Part shown: positions 26,001 through 38,320 of the stretch, piece after piece
How positions within the stretch are numbered: the first letter of the stretch is position 1
Layout: each line of letters begins with the position of its first letter
Origin: Geosiphon pyriformis uo1
Taxonomy: Eukaryota > Fungi > Glomeromycota
Direction: 5' to 3'
Length of the DNA stretch: 64,000 nt
Assembly: GCA_016748015.1 (NCBI GenBank)
Contig: JAAOMT010000128.1
Location: forward strand, 1,805,538 to 1,869,537
Position numbers and translations under genes: made by a program
The notes under the pieces: model-generated
What the model was told of the DNA's origin: nothing
What the model saw: the letters and a program-made list of their open reading frames with translations, nothing else
Database searches by the model: none

Positions 26001-26347
26001 TATTAAACTGATTTAAGAAATTAAGCACTGATTAATTGATGTCAAGAATATTCTGGTAAAAGACCCAGAAATAAAAATATAGAATTTATAACTTAACAAA
26101 TAACTTATCAGAAGAACATGATTGTTAGAATAAACCAACCACTATATTGAAAAAAAAAATTTGATGGAATTCATATTTCAGAAGACTACTGAAAACAATC
26201 ATTGAATCTCTGTTTATTATACAAAAGACTTCAATCCCAAAATCTTCAAATATCAAAACCTTTAGATATTACCAACCATATTACTTACTAAGCACCAAGT
26301 TACAGGTTTGTTATTTGTTTCTACACCCCAAATAATCATTTGTAATA
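20054..26347 (+). mobile_element. Internally deleted Ty3/Gypsy element with dUTPase; LTRs 20054-~20936 and 25509-26347; TSD ATGT
   Basis: ATGT at 20050-20053 and 26348-26351. Gag relic FLRYFSNNNSIN and CCHC knuckle CHYCDKQRHLQIDC at 21852. Protease IKLILD(N) at ~22540. Cys-rich block ~23100-23720, dUTPase ~23930-24390, RT start (FCVDYRKLN) ~25100, then a deletion to the 3' region. PPT precedes 25509. Confidence 0.9.
23930..24390 (+). pseudogene. Retrotransposon-borne trimeric dUTPase domain (decayed)
   Basis: All five motifs occur in order with transition damage: NA*FDL (AGFDL), RFSL (RSSL), GIIDTEYVKNI (GIIDxxYxG), EKIIQII (EKIAQ), REKNEFRS (RGxxGFGS). Confidence 0.85.
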
Positions 26348-28214
26348 ATGTTTAATCAAATTATTATTTAAAATAATCATTATATTAGAGTTCAAGTATT
26401 CAGAATTCAAATTAAAAGTAAAAATTTACCCTTTTTTAAATTAATTTATTATTTAAAACACATTTTGTTTTTTAATTTTATTTTAATAATTATAAATATT
26501 AAATTGTTATTTTTCTATATTATATAATAATATTTTTTATTTGTAAAATTGTTTATTTTATGTATATTGTACATAATAATTTTTTAAATTAAACCAGTTA
26601 TTAAAGAGTTAAAAATAAAAAATAACTAGCACTAAAGATTAAAAAATCTAAATAAGTCAAAATAACACAAACAAATTTTATTATTATTAATATTTTGGAT
26701 TTTAAACTTCTGATTTTAACAGTAAAAACTTTATTAATATTAAAAACCAAATATAAAGCATTATTAATAATAAATATAAAAACAAAAGAAAAAATACTTG
26801 AAATATTTATGTTAATCTTAATAATATTGTTAATAAAAACAGTTAAAAATAAGTAAAATAAACAAAAAAATAAAGAAAAAACCATTATAAATACATTAAA
26901 TTTAATAAAAATTATAACAACTTAATTACTTAGAAGCTTTAACAATTATTTAAGCAAGTTCAACCAAAAATTTAAAACAAAAAATTAAAAAATAAGTAAC
27001 TAGTTATTATATCAAAAGTGGTAATATCACAAAAAATACATTAAAAAAAGAGTTGAATATACTACTATCAATTATTTAAGTTTATAATTTACTGTTGTTA
27101 CTCATAAAAAAAGAATACAAGAAAATAGTAGGAAAAACAGATAAGAAAAATAGACCAATAAGAGAATAGTATTTAGCACATGAGCATATTGCTCAGCAAT
27201 GTAAAGTATTGTCAGAAAATCACAGCACATTGTTCAGCAATAAGCACATTGTTAGAAATTACAAGCATATTGCTCAGCAATATAAGCATTACTTAAAAAA
27301 TCATGGCACATTGCTCACAAATGTGCAGAATCTCGTATAACATAAATTATATATATATAGTAAAAGTGTTAAAAACAGAAAAAGTAATTCCTGAAAAATT
27401 CAATAAAGTTTTATTAATTTAGAACAATTCTCTTTCTTCTCTATTTATTAACCCTTATTTTAAGGATAGTTGCTATCAACTGAAATGAAATTATATAAAT
27501 AAAAGATCTTTCCAATTCTTCAAATCTATGTTATTGTTGTTTGTTTGAAAATATAATCACTTTTCTATTTATTAACACTTCATGTTAATAAAATTCAACA
27601 CTTAACCACACTGAAACAATAGTTTTTGATCACAGCTATTGATGGGATACTAACTTGAATTGCCTTGGCTTATTTCTAATTTCTTATTTTTTTTTATTTT
27701 TTTTTATTTTTTTTTATTTTCTTTTGTTTGTTGACTTACTACTAATTAAAGAGATTAAATACTAAGTAATTGACGTCAAGGATAGCCTGATAAAAGACCC
27801 AGAAATAAGAGTAGAATTATATATATTAACAGATAGCTTACCAGAAGGGCATGACTGTTAGATTAAACTGGCCACCATGTTAAAGACAGAAATTAGGAAA
27901 ACAACTTGAAAAATCAACCAAAACCAACCATAGTGAATCTCTGTCCATTATACAAAGGACTTTACAACAAAACCTTTAGATAAAACAACACCTTCAGATA
28001 TTACCAACAACATTATATCAATTGAGCACCAAGTTATGGGTTTGTTATTTGCTTTGAGACCCCAAATAATCACTTGTAACATTTAGTGCTTCCTGTAAGG
28101 TATAATCCAACAGAGAACCAGTACCAACAACAACCATGCAAGAAAATGGCAGACTAAGAGAAAACAAGGGAAAATCACTTAGGATTTGCGAAATCCTTAT
28201 TTTACTATTATCTT

Positions 28215-28960
28215 TAAAAAACTCATTAAATTAAAACTCTGATTATTCAAAATCCGATTATTAAAATCCTGAACATTCGAAAATTACTGTTGATAAATTC
28301 ATTAAATCTTGTTAAATTAAGAACTCTAATTATTCAAAACCCGATCATTAAAATCCCAAACATTCGAAAATTACTATTAATAAATTTGTTAAACCTTGTT
28401 AAATTAAGAACTCCGATTATTTAAAACCCAATCATTAAAACCCTGAACATTCAAAACTTACCATTGATAAATTTGTTAAAAACTTGTTAAATTAAACTCT
28501 GATTATTTAAGACCCAATCATTAAAACCCTGAACATTTGAAATGTATCATTAATAAATTTGTTAAAACTCCATTTATTTAAAACCAATCATTAAAACTCT
28601 GAACATTCAAAACTTATTGTTGATAAATTCATTAAAAACTCGTTAAATTAAAACTCTGTTTATTCAAAACCTGATCATTAAAACCCTGAACATTCAAAAC
28701 TTATCTTTGATAAACTTATTAAAACTTGTTAAATTAAAACTTTGATTATTCAAGAACTGATTATTCAAAAAAAAACCCAAACATTCAAAACCCAATAATT
28801 CCAACCCTGCTATTATACAAAGAAACTTACTGTTAATAAAACTCGTTAAACCTCTAGCAATTCAAACTCCAGGAATTATTTAAAAACCCAAACATTCAAA
28901 GTCCAATAAATTCCAAACCCTGTGATCATACAAAGAAATTTACCTCTAATAACCCAATTA
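28215..28960 (+). repeat. Tandem array of ~87-bp units (about 8 copies) inside the non-autonomous LTR element
   Basis: The anchor (g/a)aacatt recurs at ~28271, 28358, 28445, 28531, 28601, 28688, 28779 and 28890. Confidence 0.88.
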
Positions 28961-29117
28961 AACCTAATTCTCACAGTACCAATAAATCAGCAAAATTCAC
29001 CTGATGGCCCTGAGTCAAAATATTGGGACATAGTTACAATTCACTCCCATGCATCATATATTCGAAGAAGAGCCAATTAGTAAGAACAAATTGGAATCAG
29101 AATTGGAACTTAATCCC

Positions 29118-29230
29118 AATTCAAACTCTACTGATGACAACAATAATTCAAACTCCACTGATGACAACAATGATTCAAACTCTGCTAATGACAATGACAA
29201 TTTAAACTCTGCCAACAACAAATTCAAACT
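29118..29230 (+). repeat. 27-bp tandem repeat (~4 copies; NSNSTDDNN-encoding)
   Basis: aattcaaactctactgatgacaacaat-like units. This is an expansion of the N/S-rich linker seen before the dUTPase at 23805-23900. Confidence 0.75.
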
Positions 29231-32200
29231 TTGCTTCAAACACCAAACAATATATTATGCTTCTAGATTTTACAATAGAGCAGGAATTAACTAAATTCAG
29301 TGATAATAATAAGGGCATTATGTCTGAATATGCACATAATACAGATGCAAAATTTGAAATTGATATTTTGGACAGACTGCTATAGTTAAAAACTCCAGTC
29401 ACGTATAAAATTAGATTTACAAATAGCAATAGAAATTACAGCAACAATATTGATACAAAAGAAAAATTTAGAAGATTTTGCAGGAGCTCAATATTAAAGA
29501 AAAGAATAATGTTACTTATAGAAAAAGAATACAAAAAAATAGTAGGAAAAACAGATAAAGAAAATAGACCAATAAGAAAATAGTATTTAGCATGTGAACA
29601 TATTGCTCAGCAATGTGAAACATTGTCAGAGAATCATGGCACATTGTTTAGCAATGAGCACATTGTCAAAAATTACAGGCATATTGCTCAGCAATGTAAG
29701 CATTGTTTGAGAAATCATAGCACATTGCTCACAAATATACAGAATCTCATATAACATAAATTATATATATATAGTGAGAGTGTTAAAAGCAAAAAAAGTA
29801 ATTCCTGGAGAATTCAATAGAGTTTTATTAATTTAGAACAATCTCCTTTCTTTTCTATTTATTAATTCTCATTTTAAGAATAGTTGCTATCAACCAAAAT
29901 AGAATTATATAAATAAAAGATCTCTCCAATTCTTCAAATCCATGTTATTGTTATTTGTTTGAAAATATAATCACTCTTCCATTTATCAACACTTTATGTT
30001 GATAAAATCCAATACTTAACCATACTAGAACAATAGCTCTTGATCACAGCTATTGACGGGATACTAACTTGAATTGCCTTGGCTTATTTCTAATTTCTTA
30101 TTTTCTTTTTATTTTATTTTTTTTTATTTTATTTTCTTTTGTTTGTTGACTTACTACTAATTAAAAAGATTAAATACTGAGTAATTGATATTAAGGATAG
30201 CCTGATAAAAGACCCAGAAATAAGAGTAGAATTATATATATTAACGGATAGCTTATCAGAAGAGCACGACTGCCAGATTAAACTGGCCACCATACTGAAA
30301 ACAGAAATTGGGAAAATAACTTGAAAAATCAACCAAAACCAACTATAGTGAATTTCTATCCATTATACAAAGGACTTCACAACAAAACCTTCAAATAAAA
30401 CAACATCTTCAGATATTACCAACAACAGTATATCAATTGAGCACTAAGTTATGGGTTTGTTATTTGCTTTAAGACCCCAAATAATCATCTGTAACACTGT
30501 TAAATATCAGAAAACAAAAAACAAAAACCTGTTTTTTGGCATAAAAATAAATAAGATACAAACAATTCTCTTTTAAAAATATATATTTAAAAGTTTTTTT
30601 GACCAAAAAATATAAAGAATTAAATTTATTATATTCAAAAACAAAGTATTTAAAACAACTACATTTATTACAACAAACTAAATTTAATTTAATTTAAAAA
30701 AACTTAATGTTATCAAAAACAAAAACAGTACAAAATACATAATTTAAATCTTTTTTAAACTTAAAGCAAACAGTTATATAATAAAGTTTAAAATTTATAA
30801 TAAAAAATTAATTGATAATACAAGTTTTTTTACTTGCATTTTTTAATAACAAATCCAAATTATAAGCAGTTGTTTTTATAAACAGTATAAATAAAAGCAC
30901 TTTAAATTAATTTTTTAAAGTTTAAGTAATCTAATTTAAAATAATTTTAATAATATACACTGAATTTTTTCTAAAAAGTACAGATTATTTATTAATCAAA
31001 GCAGCAATTTGACTTAATTTAGTAAACTTTATTATGGTTTTTTGTTATAGTTTAATTAATTATAATTAAATTAATACAATTTGATAAAGCTAAAACAATT
31101 TATTTCTTAAATATATTCATAAAATTTTTTTTAACAACTACAGTTTAATTTGATTAAATTTTTTGTTTTTTAAGATTATTATTAATTTAAATCTTATTTT
31201 TTTTAGCCAATAAAACTGTTTGTTTTATATATTTTTTGAATAATTTTTTTAAATTTTAAAAAAGTAATAATTTTTTAAAACTATTAATTTTTAAAAAAAA
31301 ACTTTCTAATTATTTGTATTTTAGACATAGTTAATTTTTTTTCAATACAAAAAATTTTTTAATAAAAATTTCTATTTGAGTTTTAATTATCTTAAAATCA
31401 ATATATTTTTTATTTAAAATATGTTAAGAAAAAAAAAAATATATACTCTTATTATTAGTATTAAAATTACAAAAACTAAAAAAAAACTATTTTGTTAGTA
31501 TTAATTCATTTAACCTTAAAAATATTAATATAAAAGTTTAAAATTTTTTTACTTTTATTATTAATATTATATCCAATATAAAAAGCCAAAGGTTTTTTTT
31601 AATATTATTTAAGTTTGTATTTATATCAATATTATATCTAAACATTTTGAATTCTAAATCTGTTTTATAAACATTTTTAATTTTTAAACTAAACTATTAT
31701 TAATAAAACCTAAAGCAATATTTTTAACCAACTTTTTTTAAACATAATATTACTAGTAATAGTTGTTAAAACAACAACAAAAAGATTTATAGGTTGTGAA
31801 ATTTTAAAAATAAAACAATAAGAAAAAACAAAAACAAAAACAAAACTTTTTTATCAAAATAGACTCTTTAGAGAATTTAAAATATATGAAAAAAAAAAGT
31901 TTTTATCAAATTGTTTTATTTAATAATATAAATTGTGTAATTTTAATTAAAAAACTGTAATATAATTTTAATTAATTTAAGTAGTTAATTATATATAATA
32001 ATAATATAAATTATACTTAATTTATCAATTATAATATTTAAAATAATAATTAAATTATGCTTGTTATTACAAATAAAAAATATATATTTAAATACTTTTT
32101 AACATATTTAATTTTTTATTATATACAATTAACTGTTTTGTATATATATTATGCTAAATATTAAGTATTATTAAAAAATTAACACATTATTTTTGCTATA

Positions 32201-33312
32201 AAAATTTTTTTTAATATTTTAATAAGTAATCTAAGTTTTTTAATGTTTTTATTTTTATTAAATAATTTTAAATTAAATAATTAAATTAACGAATAATAAA
32301 AAATATGTTAAAATAGGCTAATTTTAATTGGTTTAAATAATTGGTTATATGTAAGAAAACATAAATTGTATTTATTAAATTTTTTTTAAAATTAATTATT
32401 TACAAATATATATTAATATTAATAATCATTTATTTTATTAATAATTATAATTTTATATTAAAAGTAAGTTTAATTTTTAATGCTTTAAAATTTTAAAATA
32501 GCCAATTACCTTATTTTTAAAATTAATTATTAAATCAATTATTGATTTGATCATTAACTTAATTGTTAACTTGATTATTGATTGAATTGTTAATTATCAA
32601 TCTTTTATTAATTACATTATCAGATTGTAAAGATAATTTTTTTGGTAACAAATATGGTGAAAGTAAAGATAAAGATAAAGGTAAAGTAAAAGTAAAAGTG
32701 GTGGTAGCGATAGTATCAGGATTTTTAAAAGTTTGCTTAGAAAAAAGAAAATTTAATTTCGCGATTTTGAACCTAATAAGCATTACTAAGCGACTGATTA
32801 GTATTTTTATTATTAAGCAAATCTTTTTCATTTGGATATAAATCTTTTAATATATTGTTCCAGATTTTAAATATATAAAAATTGTTAATCTTTTTATTTT
32901 TGAAATCTCACAAAAAATGTTAACAATTTCGGGTCAAAAATGATTTCCTTAGAATGAAAGTATTTAGATGCATTTGTACAATTTTTACAAGAAATTAAAA
33001 CCAAATACAATACGGGAAAACATATAGATTAATTTTGCCAACCCTGTGTTATAAAAAGGATTATGTTGCTGTATAATTTTATCTTGTTAAAATGGTCTTT
33101 TCTAAAAGTACAGAGATCCCGCGTTTTTTTTGATTTCTGATCATGAAATAGCAGCTTACGCCATACTTGGTTGAAGTCGTCTTGTGTGTATTACATTGTT
33201 CGACATCCACTAACAACCGTAAGTTTTAAATAATATATCTTGAATAAATGAAATTTTGTCGTTCGCCATAACACTCCCTTTTTGCCTAAAATGTAAAAAG
33301 GAAGACTCCTCA

Positions 33313-36300
33313 TCATGAGTACCTTTCGGTATCAGGTTTTATGTTGCCGCTAGAAAGATTTCTGTCACTTCCTACGTCGTTAAGAGCATTATTGTTGCCA
33401 TTAACACCATTAACACCACTAACATCCCTCTCTGTATCTATATCAGGGGTGGAAGATAGCCCTTGACGTTTTGACGATATAGGACTTTCAAGGCTGGGAG
33501 TAAGTGGAGATGAGGTCAATGTACGGGTTCCGTTGCCTGTACTTCCGTTGGTGTTATTCCCATTATGACTGGTAAAGCCAATGTTATTTCGATTCCCTGG
33601 TCCGCTCATAAGGTTGGTATCAACAGTTAAAGGTACTCGATTTGATGATGGTGAGCCTACATTAGGTGAAAGAAATTTGAATTATATTAAATATGCAGTT
33701 GAAAAGATAGTGATCGTAATAATAGTGATAGCAATAATAGTAATAATGACTGACCACTATTGGATACAACTAGTGAAGAAAATGTTACTTCCATTGGCTC
33801 CAATGGTATTGCTTCCTCTGATATTTCAGGTGCTATCACATCCAAGTTTCCGGAAAAATTTTCACTTTCTACAATTGGTCGAACTGTGATTTCATTCGAA
33901 TCACTATGTTCCCGAGAGACGCGTTTAGCGTCTTCGGCTTTTCGAGAAGAATCGTTTTTTTTTTGTGGTTGTTTTGATGATTCGGATAAGGATATTGGAG
34001 CAGGTTTTGTCGTTTTCTCTTCACTCTGACTTTGTGTAGATGCTTCGGGAGAATACGATGATGAAGGTTTTGCCGAACTAGAATTACTATTATTAGTTAG
34101 CGGTATTCCACTTTGACCATCGTGTGGCAAGGGATAAGGAGCGTCATGTGGATTTCTTGGAAGGTAAGGTAATGGATAATCTCGTGTTAAAGGACTATAA
34201 TGATGATGAGGAGGGTAACCTGAGGATGGTGGTCCATAGGGCCTGGGGGAAGCTTTCTCATTTTCGTTATTTTGGGCTTGAGATTCTGCAATTGTATTGA
34301 AAATTTTGAATTCGAGTTTTAGTAGAAGCTTCCCCATTTAAAATTAGTAGATTACATAAGGATGAACAAAGATGTACCTCCATAATCTCCCTTGGAGTGT
34401 GGAATGTGTAGCGGTGGAGGGTATGGACCATAATACTCGGGATGATATGGGTACATCCCTGGAAGTCCACGTGGAGGCGGGGTTGTCATAGGAGCTCCGG
34501 AACGATGATGAGATGAGGAAGAATTATCTTTGGAAGAAAGTGGTCTTTCTGCATAATGAGACCAAGGAGCTCCAGGACGAGGATACCCAGGGTACGGATC
34601 ATATGGATATGGTTTATTGCTACCTGGTGATTCCGATGCTGATGAATGTTGCATCCTGACAGGATCATAATAACCATGATACATTGGTGGTCTACCATAA
34701 GGTAACGGTGGAGCATAAGAGTAACGATGATCGGTACCTTCAGGTGGAGGCGGTAGATGTGGATAATATGGATATGAATGATACAAATATCGACGATCAT
34801 ATGGATCATAGTAAGGTGGATAATTTGAATGCTCTCCTCCATAGTCTCTATCATGCCAAGGATGAGGAGGCCTTCCATACCCCGGCCCATAAATAGGACC
34901 ATCATAATGATGTGGTGGAATGTGATGATCATAAGGCCCACGTGGCCGAGGAGAAGAGGAACTGTGACTAGATTGTTCTTTTGATGATGATGATGATGAT
35001 GATGATTTCTTTTCAAACGATGCTGAATTCGCAGTTTCTGAGCTAACTTTTAGCTGACTATCCTCGGGTGAGGCTTCTCGCATATCTTCATCTGATTGTG
35101 AATTACTTCCATCTGGATCGTTTTCTCCGTCCCCACGTGAACGCTTCGAAAGACTGTTCTCAGAACTGTCTGGAGCTTCCAATTCTTTTCTTTTGTTCGT
35201 TCGCCTTTAATATAGGGGGTGATTTTTTGAAGGCAATTTTAAAGACGTTAACTAATGTTGAATAAAGGTATTGTCTTCAAGAGATATGACTTACCGACGT
35301 AACCTTATTTCTTTCCTGATTCGAATTTTTAGTCCTTGATCGGCGAAAGAACGCGATAGAAATGTCGATTCTTTGTAATATTATTTATGAAAAGCGTGTG
35401 TGTCTTGATGAAATATTCACCGAACCATTAAACAAAATATTTATTTGCATTATTTGACCTTGTACCTTCCATTCCGGGGAATCTTTTGGCCGAGTATACA
35501 ATGAATATCTCGGAAAATATTGATTTACAATGATATACTTCCCGCCTGGGTGTGCCGTAACTAATGTCAGCAAAGCCAGTATGAAGCCACATAAACGGAA
35601 GCGAGAACGTGTTGAGTAGATCTCTTACGTTTCAACCTACCCGATTATCTCAAAGAGGCTGAGTTTCAGTCGATAGGTTCCTTCCATACGCACGGACAAG
35701 TCAGGAAACACAAAGAAACCGGCATCGGAATTATCAATGTCTTTCAGATGATATAGCGATGAGACAACGGATCCTGTGGTAGAGCGAGTTTTACCATCAC
35801 GAAGTAAATGCAATTCTTCGTCAGAATCAGGCGCCACTAGCGAAGCATACATAAAGAAGTAAGGGTTCTGGAGAAACGAATTGCTTGAGATCAAAAAATT
35901 CAAATGGGTGATATTTAAAAGGTTGAATTGATTATGACTAAAGAGTTGATTCATTTGATACCTTTTCTCTGTCTGTGAAATACTGCCATCATAAACCTTG
36001 AGCTGTATTATTGGAGGTGGATCGATTGGTCTTCTATCGGCTTTGAAAAGGAAAGTATTATTAATATCAGAAAATTAAGGTTCTTTAAACTTGAATTCCC
36101 TTCCAAAAAAAAAACAGACTCCTTAAAGATTCACACATATAGTAATTGATATGTAGATCATTCAGAAGGTGTAACAATGGGATTCACGTGTTTTCTATTT
36201 ACATAGGAATCATCAAATTGATTGTGGGGCCGCTTACCTTTTTCGCCGATACCACACATTCTCGATTGTTTTGGTTGTTGTCGCAAGATAAGTTCATATT

Positions 36301-36518
36301 CGCTAGATATAGTAAATAATTTTGGATATTAGCAAGCAAGCGAGGAAAGCCGCTTCTCGAAATACTTTTAGGAGTACACAATGTTTTATTTTTTATAAAC
36401 ATATCCGCATAAATAAGCTCCTCTTTTACCAGTAACCATGAAATAGAACTTACATTTCATGTCTATCATCTCGCCGTTGTCTAACTTGTGCGAATTGGTA
36501 TGAGACGACGTCTTCCAT
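33313..36518 (-). CDS. Velvet-domain transcriptional regulator (VosA/Ryp2-like) with long low-complexity C-terminus, multi-exon
   Basis: Spliced minus-strand translation EYELILRQQPKQSRMCGIGEKA|DRRPIDPPPIIQL ... NPYFFMYASL ... GSVVSSLYHLKD ... GFFVFPDLSVRMEGTYRLKLSLFEI ... VYSAKRFPGMEE|STFLSRSFADQGLKIRIRKE is the canonical velvet signature. The start ATG at 36518-36516 is inferred. Confidence 0.92.
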
Positions 36519-38268
36519 GTTGCCTTTGTTTCTCAGAAAACGTTAAGGAGGACAAAAAATGGTTGGAAAAATGCGAAAAAAAGGTAGGAAAGGTAGTGTT
36601 TAAAATGTTGGGAGAGGGGAAAAAAGAGTTTTCTTTGTATCCAAGGAAATATTTCAAAAAAGACTTTAGAACGTGACAAAGGACCAAGAATTTGGGTTGA
36701 GGAAAGAGTGTGGGTTTTTTTTTTGGGATAGGGGATGTATGTATGTAAGTATGTATGTTTTATTTTCAAAGGAAAAAGGTATGATCGTTTTGCACCAAAA
36801 ATCCCAGAGTTTTTTTCTTTGAGAAGCAAAACGCGCGAGGGAGCAGCAAAAGACGAAAGATGGTTTTTCTGCTAACCGGGGAACGGGAGCGAACCAAAAA
36901 AAGCTGCAAAAGGTACTGTGTCGGATGGCTGTTTTTGTTTGTGCTGGTTGGTTTGAATGGTTGGGAGTTGGGGCTCAACGGAATAATATAGGCAAAATTA
37001 GGGAGATAATTGATGATCATTTATTTAGCCAAAGAATATCAGCCAGGATGGTGGGAAGCTCGGCTATCACAAGAGTGTGAGCCAAACGGATGATTTTAAG
37101 AAGGAAGAATTTATCCAATTAGTATTAGTGCCTCCTGTAAAAATCTCAAATAATGACTGAATGGGGAACTGGAAGCTTTCTTGTGGCATCATTCGAATGG
37201 GGCTTGAAAGAAACAATTTTTTTTATTTTTTTGGTTTCAATATATATTAAGGATAATTAATGACAATTAAAAATAACATTTTAGCATGATTGAAACAGAA
37301 TAAATTTAAATCAATGCTAAATGCAAGAGTATAAATAATTGGGGGAGTCTATACTAGCCCTAATCTATTGATTAAGGGTGATTACCCCTTAAATCCTGGA
37401 CACAAAAAAAAAAAGAAAAAAAGTGTAATATGATCATGTATTCCGGGCTATCACAGCAGATGCCTAAAAAGTTGGCAGTTGGGTGCAAAGCGGCAAAAAC
37501 GGGGCTTTGTGGTTGGGAAATTGGGCAGGTTTGTTTTTATTTGTTTTTTTCAGAGATGAATCATGACGAATATTCAGTTTATGATGAAACCTTTGATCGA
37601 CCCTATTCGGCTTGGGAAGTTTTTATTTTATTTTCACTCTTTGTTTCCTCAATAAAGGATTACTAAATAAAGCTGTTGTGGAAATAAATACATTGGAAAA
37701 TATTACATTAAAGATTTTTCCAAACGAATTTCTCATTGATTTTACTTGGCCAAATTGGGTACCAAGAATTTTTGAGTGTAATTTTTTTTTTCATAATTAT
37801 TTTCGATATAATTTTTTTTTTCCGAATTAAAGTTTTTTTCACAATCAAAATCAATTTTAAAAAAAAAAATTAAATATTTGTATCCCCGTTGCTCATTCAC
37901 AGTTGAAGAAAAAAGATTTTTTATAATTATTTACTTCCAAACAAATTTAGTTTGGGATGCAACAGGAAAAATAAGATAATGATGTAAGACCCAAAAATCG
38001 TTCCCTATTAAGTCTTCAAATATGTCGATGTATGCAGGAAAAATGAAATTGATAATGAAAATTGGACCTATTACCATCCTGCTGTTTTTTTGTTTGGACA
38101 AGATTCGCCAATAGATGTGGGATGTTGTGGCATCAAAACTCAGGAGTCAGGGTTAAGGATTAGCTATTTTTGTGCTCCGATAACCGGGGACGTCTTTAAT
38201 TATACAATGGTTCTCCAGAATTTTTTTTGATTCTTCAGCCAGACCAAATCCCCGTTGTCTCACAAAGA

Positions 38269-38270
<2 letters not shown>

Positions 38271-38301
<31 letters not shown>

Positions 38302-38320
38302 GATTATTATGATTATTATG
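38271..38320. repeat. (TAT/GAT)n microsatellite
   Basis: ttattattattat...gattattatgattattatg. Confidence 0.9.

Larger units (their letters stand above)
27096..30496 (+). mobile_element. Complete non-autonomous LTR element (LARD/TRIM-like Ty3 derivative); LTRs 27096-28081 and 29510-30496; TSD CTGT
   Basis: Two ~986-bp TGTTAC...TGTAACA LTRs with CTGT on both sides (27092-27095, 30497-30500). PBS-like tttagtgcttcctg at 28082 and PPT before 29510. The 1.43-kb interior has no PR, RT or IN. Confidence 0.92.
26350..31860 (-). mobile_element. Heavily decayed LINE ORF1 relic, split by the 27096-30496 element
   Basis: The reverse complement of ~31740-31850 resembles the LINE 5' region at ~11160-11240. 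The minus strand near 30530-30570 reads like the ORF1 segment after the knuckle (..IYAKKQ..). Very degenerate. Confidence 0.45.

Noticed and set aside
10135-32390. Inverted similarity between ~10.1-10.45 kb and ~31.95-32.4 kb suggesting giant terminal inverted repeats around the whole AT block
   Set aside because: All four segments match the LINE 3'-UTR motif at 19815-19880 and recur near 48.3 and 49.0 kb. They are independent LINE ends in opposite orientations.
9917-32841. Numerous short F/I/K/N/L-rich ORFs resembling mitochondrial or membrane proteins (possible NUMT)
   Set aside because: The composition follows from AT-rich decay. Recognisable pieces belong to LINE or Ty3 proteins, and no mitochondrial gene motifs were seen.
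34486-35016. His/Ile/Met-rich 176-aa ORF with poly-His
   Set aside because: It is an alternative frame of the velvet exon; the poly-His is the shifted poly-Ser TCA run.
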